DNA from: Dendrobates tinctorius
Taxonomy: Eukaryota
Length of the DNA: 64,000 nt
Direction of reading: 5' to 3'
Assembly: GCF_039654945.1 (NCBI RefSeq)
Contig: NW_027361869.1
Location: 2,976,001-3,040,000, forward strand
In this document: positions 54,024 through 64,000 of the stretch, one piece after another
Position numbering within the stretch: position 1 is the stretch's first letter
How the letters are laid out: every line of letters starts with the position of its first letter
Program-made: the position numbers and the translations under genes
Notes under the pieces: model-generated
The model's database searches: none
Told to the model about the DNA's origin: nothing
What the model saw: the letters and a program-made list of their open reading frames with translations, nothing else

Positions 54024-54638
54024 ATGGCAGAGACCGCGCCAGCCGCCGCTCCCCCTCCCGCAGAACCGGCTGCCAAGTCCAAGAAGCAGCCAAAGAAATC
54101 CGCCGCCAAGAGCAGCAAGAAATCCTCCGGTCCTGGCGTCTCCGAGCTGATCGTGAAAGCCGTGTCAGCCTCTAAGGAGCGCAGTGGGGTGTCTCTGGCC
54201 GCCCTGAAGAAGGCGCTGTCTGCCGGAGGGTACGATGTAGAGAAGAACAACAGCCGCCTGAAGCTGGCCGTCAGGTCTCTGGTCACCAAGGGCACCCTCC
54301 TCCAGGTGAAGGGCAGCGGCGCCTCCGGGTCCTTCAAACTCAACAAGAAGCAGGAGACTAAAGTGGCCAAGAAGTCAGCAGCCAAGCCCAAGAAACCCGC
54401 TGCTGCCAAGAAAGCCACCAAATCTCCGAAGAAGCCCAAGAAGGTTCCGACCGCGGCCAAGAAGAGCCCGAAAAAGGCCAAGAAGCCCGCAGCTGCCAAG
54501 AAAGCGGCCAAGAGCCCGAAAAAGCCGAAAGCCGCTCCCAAGCCTAAGAAGGTGACGAAGAGTCCGGCTAAAAAGGCGGCCAAACCTAAAGCTGCCAAGA
54601 AGGCGGCTAAAGCCAAGAAGCCCGCGGCCAAGAAATAA
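54024..54638 (+). CDS. H1: Histone H1 (somatic, replication-dependent), 204 aa
   Basis: [15 protein letters not shown]..., globular domain [77 protein letters not shown]-rich tail with SPKK motifs. Confidence 0.97.
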   Translation: MAETAPAAAPPPAEPAAKSKKQPKKSAAKSSKKSSGPGVSELIVKAVSASKERSGVSLAALKKALSAGGYDVEKNNSRLKLAVRSLVTKGTLLQVKGSGASGSFKLNKKQETKVAKKSAAKPKKPAAAKKATKSPKKPKKVPTAAKKSPKKAKKPAAAKKAAKSPKKPKAAPKPKKVTKSPAKKAAKPKAAKKAAKAKKPAAKK

Positions 54639-54667
54639 GAGGAGCCGCTCTGTCCACATGCTACAAA

Positions 54668-54708
54668 GGCTCTTTTCAGAGCCACCACCTCATCCCTGCA
54701 GAGCTGTA
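54668..54708 (+). terminator. H1 3' processing signal: stem-loop 54668-54683, ACCAC, HDE AGAGCTGTA 54700-54708
   Basis: AAA GGCTCT TTTC AGAGCC ACCAC CTCATCCCTGC AGAGCTGTA. Confidence 0.93.
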
Positions 54709-55104
54709 TGATCAGTGTCACCACCTCCTCCCTGCTGAGTTATATGATCAGTGCCATCACCTCTTCCCTGCAGAGCTGTATGATTAGTACCACCACATCT
54801 TCCCTACAGAGCTGTATGATCGGTGCCACATCTCATTCCTGCAGAGCAGTATGATCAGTACCACCTCGTCCCCGCAAAGCTGTATGATCATTTCCACCAC
54901 CTCATCCCTGCAGAGCTGTATGATCAGTGCCACTACCTCCTCCCTGCAGAGCCGTATGATCATTTCCACTACCTCCTCCCTGCAGAGCCATATGATCATT
55001 TCCACCACCTCATCCCTGCAGAGCTGTATGATCAGTGCCACTAGCTCTTTCCTGCAGAGGTGTATTATCAGTGCCACCACCTCATCTCTGCAGAGCTGTA
55101 TAAG
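54678..55104 (+). repeat. 36-bp minisatellite (about 12 units) starting inside the H1 stem-loop
   Basis: First unit AGAGCCACCACCTCATCCCTGCAGAGCTGTATGATC, followed in phase by AGTGTCACCAC... Interrupted by an LTR at 55105. Confidence 0.95.
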
Positions 55105-56635
55105 TGTTAGGCATCAGATTCCTGACACTGCACAGCGGGAATCCAGAGCCAGACATCCAGCAGTCTCCCATTATCCTCCGACCGCTTCGGGTGTTGCTCA
55201 GCAATAACAGCAAGCCGAGCCAGGCGTGCTGCTTAGACTTGCTCTGACAGCCTGGATGTTGCTGCCACCTCTGGTGCAGCAATGGTAGCGCAACCTGTTC
55301 TGCAGGGAACCGCTCCAGAGGCTAAGTCCTTGTGCCGTACTACTGGGCATGTCTGCAAGGTGACCTCTCACTGGAGAGCAGGGGTCACATGCTCAGGTCC
55401 TGCGTCGGATCTGATTGGTCCTTTCCAGGGTTTTGGAAGGTCCCGGAAGCGCATGGTTATAAAAAGCCCACATGGCGGCTCGGCCATGCGCTAGTGTAGC
55501 ATATTATGCTGTGTGTGAATGGTGATGGATGCATGGACTGGTGACTGTCACCATTCGTATTATCAGAGGGAAGGGGTTTCATAATAAGTCAGAGTGTTGG
55601 TTAGTCAGCTCCAGATTGTGGCAATCTACACTCCACTGTGCCTCCTGCACTGCCCACTAGCGTCCGAAGGTGCTCGGTCTTCTGGCGCCATCGTCCAGCG
55701 GCTTTAGTTATTGACGGGCTGTGGTAGCAGCGTCCCTTGGCGGTTGCGGCTGCAACCCCACCCGCTGAGCTTCCTGTGAAGCTAACAGGGCCAGCGTCTT
55801 TATATTTATTACTGCCAGGTGACTCTGTGTCTGAACAGAGCCGCTCTTAGGCCTCTTTCACACTTCAGTTTTTTACAATCAGTCACAATCCGCCAGGTTT
55901 TGAAAAAAACGGATCCTCAATTTTCTTTTGAGGATCCGTTTTTTTTCCCCATTGACTTGCATTAATGGCGGATTGTGACGGATTGCTGTCCGTTGCATCC
56001 GTTTTTTTGAGGATCCGCCAAAAGTTGCTGTCCGTCACCATCCTCAAAGATTTCAAAACGGAGCTTGCAACGTTTTTTCTCTGGTGGATCCTCCAGACAC
56101 TCATTTAACCAACAAGAAAAATCTCTCTCTCTCTCCCTCTCCCTCTCCCTCTCTCCTTCCCGGCCAGCAGTTCCTTTATTTCCTCATTTTCAGGATCCGT
56201 CTGAAAACGGATCCTGTGCCATCCGTTCACATCAGTTGAGAACGGATCCGCTTCTCTGACTTTTTCGCGGATATGAACTGATGCAAAAAACTGAAGTGTG
56301 AAAGAGGCCTTAGCGTTCGGGTGACGTTAACCCGAGCACAGTACTTCACCTTCTGGTGCATCTGCCATTGTCCAGCAGCGGTGTTTCCATCTACCGCATG
56401 GTGGACCCCGGGAGGCGAACGCACCTTCTATTATTTATATCTGGTGCGTTCCGCCGACCCTAACATTACACTAGCGCCAGGGTCTGGCTGGCAATGGCAG
56501 ACAGACGTGCAGCAGTTGCAGCGCTAAATTCGGCAGCTGGAGAGCAGGTTGGTGGCTATTGAGAGCGCCAACTCAGCTGCGAATACCGCGCTAACTGCTG
56601 CTCAGACAGTTGCTGAGACTCTCACGTGTGCCCAC
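55105..56635 (+). mobile_element. Gypsy retrotransposon 5' LTR (55105-56465) plus start of internal region
   Basis: TGTTAGG ... CCTAACA termini, TATA GTTATAAAAAG near 55456, homology to 14320-15266. Followed by a short internal leader and a decayed gag-like start; interrupted by hAT copy C. Confidence 0.8.
55850..56309. mobile_element. PIF/Harbinger MITE nested in the LTR
   Basis: TIR GGCCTCTTTCACACTTCAGTTTTT ... AAAAACTGAAGTGTGAAAGAGGCC, TTA TSD, internal ACGGATCC motifs. Confidence 0.88.
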
Positions 56636-57877
56636 TAGAGTTGAGCGACTTTTGGTTTTTTAGGGTCGCGTTTCGTTTCGTGAAACCCGACTTTTCCAAA
56701 AGTCGGGTCGAGCAAGATCGTCCGATTATAGGGAAAAGTCGGGGTCGTCCCGAAACACAAAACCCAATGTAAGTCAATGGGGAATAAAAGTCGGCAGTGA
56801 GAGGACAGGAAACACACCTACAGTGCCCATTTGAATGCCAAAAGCATCAATTCTTCTTACTTAAGCTTGTCAACCTTAATTAACTTCATAATACAAGTTA
56901 CGCACTGAAAAATGGGGGTTATTTGGCTAAAGTTGTGGGGGGGGAGGGCTGGCTGCAGGTTTTCATGTGCCCTGGGCGAAAGAGCGCCCCTTTAACACAT
57001 ACCACAACTCATCATGCTCCGATACGGCAGAGAAATAGCGGTATAGTACAATGAAAAATACTTCACTTTTTACATCTCATGACGAGGCCCATCTATTTCT
57101 CCATACAGAATCATTGGTCTCATATAATGTTTGAAACAGTATATGATGAGCTCCACATAATGCTACAGTATATGTTGGTCCCCATGGATGAAGCTCCACT
57201 GTCTTATGGGCCCAAATAATGCTCCAAACATAATGGGCCCCATTTCTAATGCTCTAGTGTATAATGGGCCCTGTAAATGCTGCTCCAGTGTCTGATGTCC
57301 ACCTTTGGAATGTTCCAGTGTATGGTGGGCCCCATCTATCATTCTCCAGAGTATAGTGCTCCCCAAAAATTGCTGTCCCAACATTGAAAACAATGAAATA
57401 AGTCTCCTCGCTATGGAATCCATGTACTAGTCTGGACTCCTCGTCGTCCCCATCTTCCATCTCACTGCACAGTATTTCAACCTTGCAAGTGCTGTGATCC
57501 TGAGCAAGCAGGGGGGGCCCACTCGTTGGCGACAGCACTGGCACAGGGCCCCTGATAGTACGGTGGTGTGTCTGACGGCGGGTGGGCCGAACCTGCACTT
57601 TCATCTGCAGCTTCCTCTTTGTCACCGTGTAAGATGGAACTGTGTATGGGAAGGGTAACCTGAGTTTCATCAGGGTCAGATTCAGGCCATGTAGCATGCG
57701 AGGGGAATGTAGTGGTCTGGGTCAATGTACCAGCAGATTCATCGAGCAGTGGCTGGGCATCAGTGCACTTGTGTCGCCCCCAGGAGTACGATCGCCACAG
57801 TGGCATTACCTTCCTCCTAGGGAGTGTGATGTCATGCTTGGGAGCAACGAACGATCTCTCTAGCAGGTTAACTGATT

Positions 57878-58349
57878 GGGCGGCGTTATTCCCACGAGTC
57901 ATGACCCTCCAAACAGCGTTCATGAAGGCAAAGTGTTTGTTTTACGTGGGCAGTATGGTTGCAAAGCTGAACCTTAAAGGAATGTCCAGAAGGGCACCAC
58001 CAGGAGTGGAGCCTACGGTTAAATTCGACTCCACCTGGGAACCTCAAACATGCCAGCTACAGAACAGATGCACACATTGCAAGCTTAATTCCGTTAACGA
58101 ACGAGACTCCGTCATGCCCCGCGGTCCGAGTCCGGCTTACTAGAGGGACACGTGAGCCTCTGGCACATGAGATTGGCCAATAACTGGTGTGTCATGCCCT
58201 TACATGTCCGTGGCTGCATGTGCGCTACACTGAAAAGGCCAGCATTTGTCGCTTACAGGTGCAGATAACCCACTGAACAACGTTAGTGATGGGGATCACT
58301 GATTACAATTATTACCCGCGAACAATGATTTCCCAGTAAGTGCAGGTCA
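57878..58349 (+). pseudogene. Degenerate 18S rRNA fragment (3' half, internally deleted) inside hAT copy C
   Basis: Colinear 18S landmarks: GGCGGCGTTATTCCCA, AGTATGGTTGCAAAGCTGAAcCTTAAAGGAAT, GAAGGGCACCACCAGGAGTGGAGCCT, TTAATTCCGtTAACGAACGAGACTC, TAGAGGGACA, CAATAACtGGT, ATGCCCTTAcATGTCCG, GCGCTACACTGA, GTGATGGGGATC, TTCCCAGTAAGTGCaGGTCA. Confidence 0.9.
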
Positions 58350-58459
58350 ACTGCAGTTCCGGAATTAGGCCTAACCGTCATTCCTGAAAAAATGAAAAAT
58401 TTACGTGTGCAAACCACAGGTGCTGTAGCTTGCTTGACAGCTCGCCAGCCGTTCTCACG

Positions 58460-60605
58460 CCCAGTATGGATTACACGTGATTGCACAAAGGTGAGAAAGG
58501 GTACCGTATCCCCAGATAACATGTATGGATAGCGTACACATTCAAAATATATGTCTCAGGAGGCAGGCTCAGACGGTGTTAGGCCCAGTATGGATTGCGC
58601 GTGATTGCACAAAGGTTAGAAAGGGTACCGTTTCCCCGGATAACATGTATGGATAGCGTACACATTCAAAATATATGTCTATACATCAGGAGGCAGGCTC
58701 AGACGGTGTTAGGCCCAGTATGGATTGCACGTGATTGCACAAAGGTTAGAAAGGGTACCGTTTCCCCGGATAACATGTATGGATAGCGTACACATTCAAA
58801 ATATATGTCTCAGGAGGCAGGCTCAGACGGTGTTAGGCCCAGTATGGATTGCACGTGATTGCACAAAGGTTAGAAAGGGTACCGTATCCCCAGATAACAT
58901 GTATGGATAGCGTACACATTCAAAATATATGTCTATACATCAGGAGGCAGGCTCAGACGGTGTTAGGCCCAGTATGGATTGCACGTGATTGCACAAAGGT
59001 TAGAAAGGGTACCGTTTCCCCGGATAACATGTATGGATAGCGTACACATTCAAAATATATGTCTCAGGAGGCAGGCTCAGACGGTGTTAGGCCCAGTATG
59101 GATTGCACGTGATTGCACAAAGGTTAGAAAGGGTACCGTATCCCTGGATAACATGTATGGATAGCGTACACATTCAAAATATATGTCTATACATCAGGAG
59201 GCAGGCTCAGACGGTGTTAGGCCAAGTATGGATTGCACGTGATTGCACAAAGGTTAGAAAGGGTACCGTATCCCCAGATAACATGTATGGATAGCGTACA
59301 CATTCAAAATATATGTCTCAGGAGGCAGGCTCAGACGGTGTTAGGCCCAGTATGGATTGCACGTGATTGCACAAAGGTTAGAAAGGGTACCGTATCCCCA
59401 GATAACATGTGTGGATAGCGTACACATTCAAAATATATGTCTCAGGAGGCAGGCTCAGACGGTGTTAGGCCCAGTATGGATTGCACGTGATTGCACAAAG
59501 GTTAGAAAGGGTACCGTATCCCCGGATAACATGTATGGATAGCGTACACATTCAAAATATATGTCTCAGGAGGCAGGCTCAGACGGTGTTAGGCCCAGTA
59601 TGGATTGCACGTGATTGCACAAAGGTTAGAAAGGGTACCGTATCCCTGGATAACATGTATGGATAGCGTACACATTCAAAATATATGTCTATACATCAGG
59701 AGGCAGGCTCAGACGGTGTTAGGCCAAGTATGGATTGCACGTGATTGCACAAAGGTTAGAAAGGGTACCGTATCCCCAGATAACATGTATGGATAGCGTA
59801 CACATTCCAAATATATGTCTCAGGAGGCAGGCTCAGACGGTGTTAGGCCCAGTATGGATTGCACGTGATTGCACAAAGGTTAGAAAGGGTACCGTATCCC
59901 CAGATAACATGTATGGATAGCGTACACATTCAAAATATATGTCTCAGGAGGCAGGCTCAGACGGTGTTAGGCCCAGTATGGATTGACGTGATTGCACAAA
60001 GGTTAGAAAGGGTACCGTATCCCCAGATAACATGTATGGATAGCGTACACATTCAAAATATATGTCTCAGGAGGCAGGCTCAGACGGTGTTAGGCCCAGT
60101 ATGGATTGCACGTGATTGCACAAAGGTTAGAAAGGGTACCGTATCCCCAGATAACATGTATGGATAGCGTACACATTCAAAATATATGTCTCAGGAGGAA
60201 GGCTCAGACGGTGTTAGGCCCAGTATGGATTGCACGTGATTGCACAAAGGTTAGAAAGGGTACCGTTTCCCCGGATAACATGTATGGATAGCGTACACAT
60301 TCAAAATATATGTCTCAGGAGGCAGGCTCAGACGGTGTTAGGCCCAGTATGGATTGCACGTGATTGCACAAAGGTTAGAAAGGGTACCGTATCCCCGGAT
60401 AACATGTATGGATAGCGTACACATTCAAAATATATGTCTCAGGAGGCAGGCTCAGACGGTGTTAGGCCCAGTATGGATTGCACGTGATTGCACAAAGGTT
60501 AGAAAGGGTACCGTATCCCCGGATAACATGTATGGATAGCGTACACATTCAAAATATATGTCTATACATCAGGAGGCAGGCTCAGACGGTGTCAGGCACA
60601 GTATG
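58460..60605. repeat. 124/130-bp tandem repeat inside hAT copy C (about 17 units)
   Basis: Same unit as 22742-23770. Confidence 0.93.
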
Positions 60606-61027
60606 GATTTGACGGCCCAGATTACACAGCGGAGGAGCAGGGAGAGGTAAAGATTGCAAATGCTGGGGCCCTGCCCAAGCAAGGGGGGCCCACTCGTGGG
60701 CGTCGGTACTGGCACTGGGCCCCTCATAGTACAGCGGTGTGTCTGACGGCGGGTGTGCACCACCACCGTCAGAGACACTTGATTGCACTATGAGGGACCC
60801 TGTGCCAGTGCCCGCGCCCAAGAGTCGGCCTACCCACCTGTCCAGGGCAACGGCACTCGCACGGTGTCGTGCGCTAGGTGGTGACCCCGGCCATGGGGGG
60901 GAGGCAGCACAGTTAGGGAGTTTTAGAAAGTGGCATATGTTGATGTTGGACATTCAGCTGATGCAAAAGGCGAAATAGGTGAAGTCCCAGGAAGAGGTGG
61001 ACCAAAGCAAGCCATTTTTCTGTCACC

Positions 61028-64000
61028 CTATGTGTCATCAGGGGAAGGTGGGACAAAATCCTTGGAAACCCATGCATGGTTCATATTTTGGGTTGACAGA
61101 CGGGTCCTTTTTTCTGTCAGGATTGATCCAGCTGCACTGAAGACTCTTTCCGATAGCACACTTGCAGCTGGGCAAGCGAGCTCCTGTAAGGCATATTGGG
61201 CCAATTCAGGCCAGGTGTCCAGTTTAGCGGCCCAATAGTCAAAGGGGAATGACCTGTGTGGGAGAACATCGATATGGGAGGAAAAGTAGTTTGTAACCAT
61301 AGTTGACAACTGCTGTCTCCTGTCACTTTCCATCGATGCTGTATTACCAGTTGTGTGAGCAGTACTTGAAAAATCAGGCCACAACATTGTCATGAAACCC
61401 TGTCTCCAACGCCACTTCTGCTGTGTGCACCACGAACACCTCTGCCAAGCTGCCCCCGGCCCGTACGGCTAGTGTGAGAACCATCACCGCTGCTGTGTGC
61501 TGGGAATGCCTCAAGCAACCGATTTACCAGAGTTGCCTGTTTATTAGCCAATATTAGGTCAAGGTTCTCCTGTGGCATGATGTTTTGTAATTTGCCTTTA
61601 TAGCGTGGATCCAGGATGCTGGCCAACCAGTAGTCGTCATCGTTCATCATTTTGGCAATGCGGGGGTCCCTTTTTAGGATCCGCAAGGCATAATCTGACA
61701 TGTGGGCCAATGTTCCCGGTGTCAATGATGCACTGCGAGTGCTGGTTGGAGGAGCACTTTCTGGCAAATCCACATCCCTCCAGTCACGCACAAACCCTGT
61801 ACCAGACCTTGCCACGCCAACATTTTCACTTGCCCCACGAGATGCATCCTCCTCCCCTAAGTAATCATCCCCATCATCATCCTCCTCCTCCTCTTCTTCC
61901 TCCACCTCGTCCAGGAGAGGTCCCTGAGCAGACAATGGCTGAATGTCATCAAGGATTCCCTCCTCGTCAACATTGGCTGCAGACGCCTGCTCCTTAAGGT
62001 GCGTCAAAGTTTGCATGAGCAGACGCATAAGTGGGATGCTCATGCTTAGGATGGCGTCGTCTGCGCTTACCAGCCGTGTGCATTCCTCAAAACACTGAAG
62101 GACTTTACAGAGGTCTTTCAGCTTCGACCACTGCACACCTGTCAACTCCATGTCTGTTCTCAAAGCTCAAAGTGCCTGGCCGTGTATCCTCCCACAAATG
62201 CATTATGGCCTGCCTCTGCTCGCACAGCCGCTCCACCATGTGCAGGGTGGAGTTCCACCTTGTTGCAATGTCGATAATGAGGCGGTGGTTGGGAAGGTGG
62301 AGCAATCGCTGCAGCTTCTGCATACGAACGGAGTGTACAGGCGACCGGCGGATGTGCGCGCACAGTCTTCGCACCTTCTGGAGCAGGGCTGTTAACTCCG
62401 GATAATTTTTGAGGAAGCACTGCACCACCAGGTTCAAGGTGTGAGCCAAGCAAGGTATGTGGCTGAGTTTTGAAAGGGCTATGGCTGCCACAAAATTACG
62501 GCCGTTATCACTAACTACCTTGCCTGCCTCAAGATGTACACTGCCCAGCCATGACTCAGTTCGTCGCTGAAAGTACTCGGCCAGCACCTCGGCGGTATGT
62601 CTGTCGCCCAAACACATCATCTGCAACACAGCCTGCTGACGCTTTCCACTAGCTGCTCGATAGGGGGACACATCGTGTGCAACAGTGGCAGCTGCAGATG
62701 GAGTGCTCGTACGACTGCGCTCTGTGGACGAGCTTTCGCTTCTGGAGGAGGAGGGTGGAACGCCTACAGCCAACTGTTTCCTATACCGTGGGCTAGGCAG
62801 CACTGTCCCACCACCGCTGTCCCCTGTGGACCCTGCATCCACCACATTAACCCAGTGCGCAGTGATGGACACGTAACGGCCCTGGCCATGCCGACTGGAC
62901 CATGCATCAGTTGTGAGGTGCACCTTTCCGCTCACTGACTGCTTGAGTGCATGGACAATGCGGTCTTTCACATGATGGTGGAGGGCTGGGATGGCTTTGC
63001 GAGAGAAGAAGTGGCGACTGGGTAGGTCATAGCGTGGTACTGCATAGGCCATGAGTTCGCGGAAAGCTGTGCTTTCCACCAACCGAAAGGGCATCATCTC
63101 AAACGAGATTAGTTTGGCAATGTGGGCGTTCAAACCCAGTGTACGCGGATGAGAGAGTGAGTACTTTCTTGACCTACTCATAGTGTCTGGGAGGGTGAGC
63201 TGGACTTGAGAGCTGCATATGGTGGAAGTAGCGGTGGACAGGGCGGACTGAGAGAGGGTTGATGATGGTGATGGAGTTGGTGTTCTTTCTGATGGCCTAG
63301 AATCAGTCTTTCGTTGATATAACAGTGGGATTCCCTGACTGCTGTGGCCTTGCAACGACACCTCAACATTTGCTGCTGTGCTAACCGGTGGGCTTACAGT
63401 GGGGGAAACAATGTAGCGTTGCTGACTACCTTCATTGTGATCAGTTGCACATGTGGCACTTGAGGTTTGGTGTTATGTCCACGCTTGCAAGTGCATGCTG
63501 GTTAAATGTCTAAGCATGCAACTGGTATTCAAATTTTTCAGATTTTTCCCTCGGCTAAAGGTCTTTGCGCACTTCTTACAGATAACCTTGGCCTGATCAT
63601 GAGGATTTTGTTCAAAAAAGTGCCACACTGCACTCTTCCTACTTTGGCAGACATTTTGCGGCCTAGCACGCTGTGATCTTTTGACCCTCTGGACAAGCTG
63701 TCCAGCAACTCTTTTGATGTTTGGAACCTGTCTTTGGAGTGCTCCGGGCCTGCCAGATAACAGCTGTTGCGATGTCGATGTCTGCTGTGGATGCTCCTCA
63801 TCTGAGCTATTGGAAGCAGCACCCTCTTCCCCCAATGGATGCCAATCTGGGTCAACAACTGGGTCATCCATCACCTCCTCTTCTATGTCATGTGCACCTT
63901 CCTCTGTGTCACCGTGTATGGTGGTATAGTGTGCGGGAAGGGGCACCTGAGTCTCATCAGGGTCAGAATCTGGCTCTGTACACTGCGAGGACAATGTAGT
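61028..64000 (-). pseudogene. hAT transposase pseudogene of copy C (5' part outside the window)
   Basis: Near-identical to the copy B protein but with a nonsense codon near 63473-63476, a CTCAAAG duplication frameshift near 62160, a -1 frameshift near 61397 and an in-frame deletion near 61085. Confidence 0.93.

Larger units (their letters stand above)
56636..64000 (-). mobile_element. hAT DNA transposon copy C (close relative of copy B; runs off the right edge)
   Basis: TIR TAGAGTTGAGCGA at 56636, flank GTGCCCAC. Colinear with copy B plus an extra segment of about 980 bp. Confidence 0.95.

Noticed and set aside
53717-54724. 335-aa antisense ORF over H1, and antisense ORFs over H3, H4 and H2A
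   Set aside because: Shadow ORFs caused by biased histone codon usage.
57878-58349. Functional 18S rRNA gene
   Set aside because: Partial, internally deleted, mutated at invariant positions, and lacking ETS, ITS, 5.8S and 28S context.

Overview
Vertebrate genomic DNA, inferred to be anuran (frog) from its MITE and hAT families; not prokaryotic. It holds one intact 5-exon protein gene, NME3 (minus strand, 12341-14041, 169 aa), next to a replication-dependent histone cluster: H3(-), H4(-), H2B(-), H2A(+), H4(-), H1(+), each with a 3' stem-loop. H3 and H2A carry 1-bp frameshifts, and the two H4 genes carry Y51H and V43I. Most of the rest is mobile DNA and tandem repeats: three large related hAT/BED-finger transposons (one intact, 21896-31162, with 13-bp TIRs and an 8-bp TSD), two Gypsy/chromovirus LTR remnants, Harbinger, Kolobok/T2 and hAT MITEs, two Helitron-type ends and LINE fragments. 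Four observations stand out. (1) The dominant 36-bp minisatellite (about 8.4 kb plus a copy directly behind H1) is a tandem amplification of the histone pre-mRNA 3'-processing cassette: stem-loop 3' arm, ACCAC cleavage site and U7-binding HDE. A 35-bp sister array lies on the opposite strand. (2) One hAT copy carries a degenerate 18S rRNA fragment. (3) A 1.1-kb-arm foldback contains two oppositely oriented minimal hammerhead ribozymes of Penelope type. (4) A CCAAT-CHR-E2F module is dispersed five times through the histone cluster. Nearly all long ORFs in the supplied track are translations of tandem repeats.
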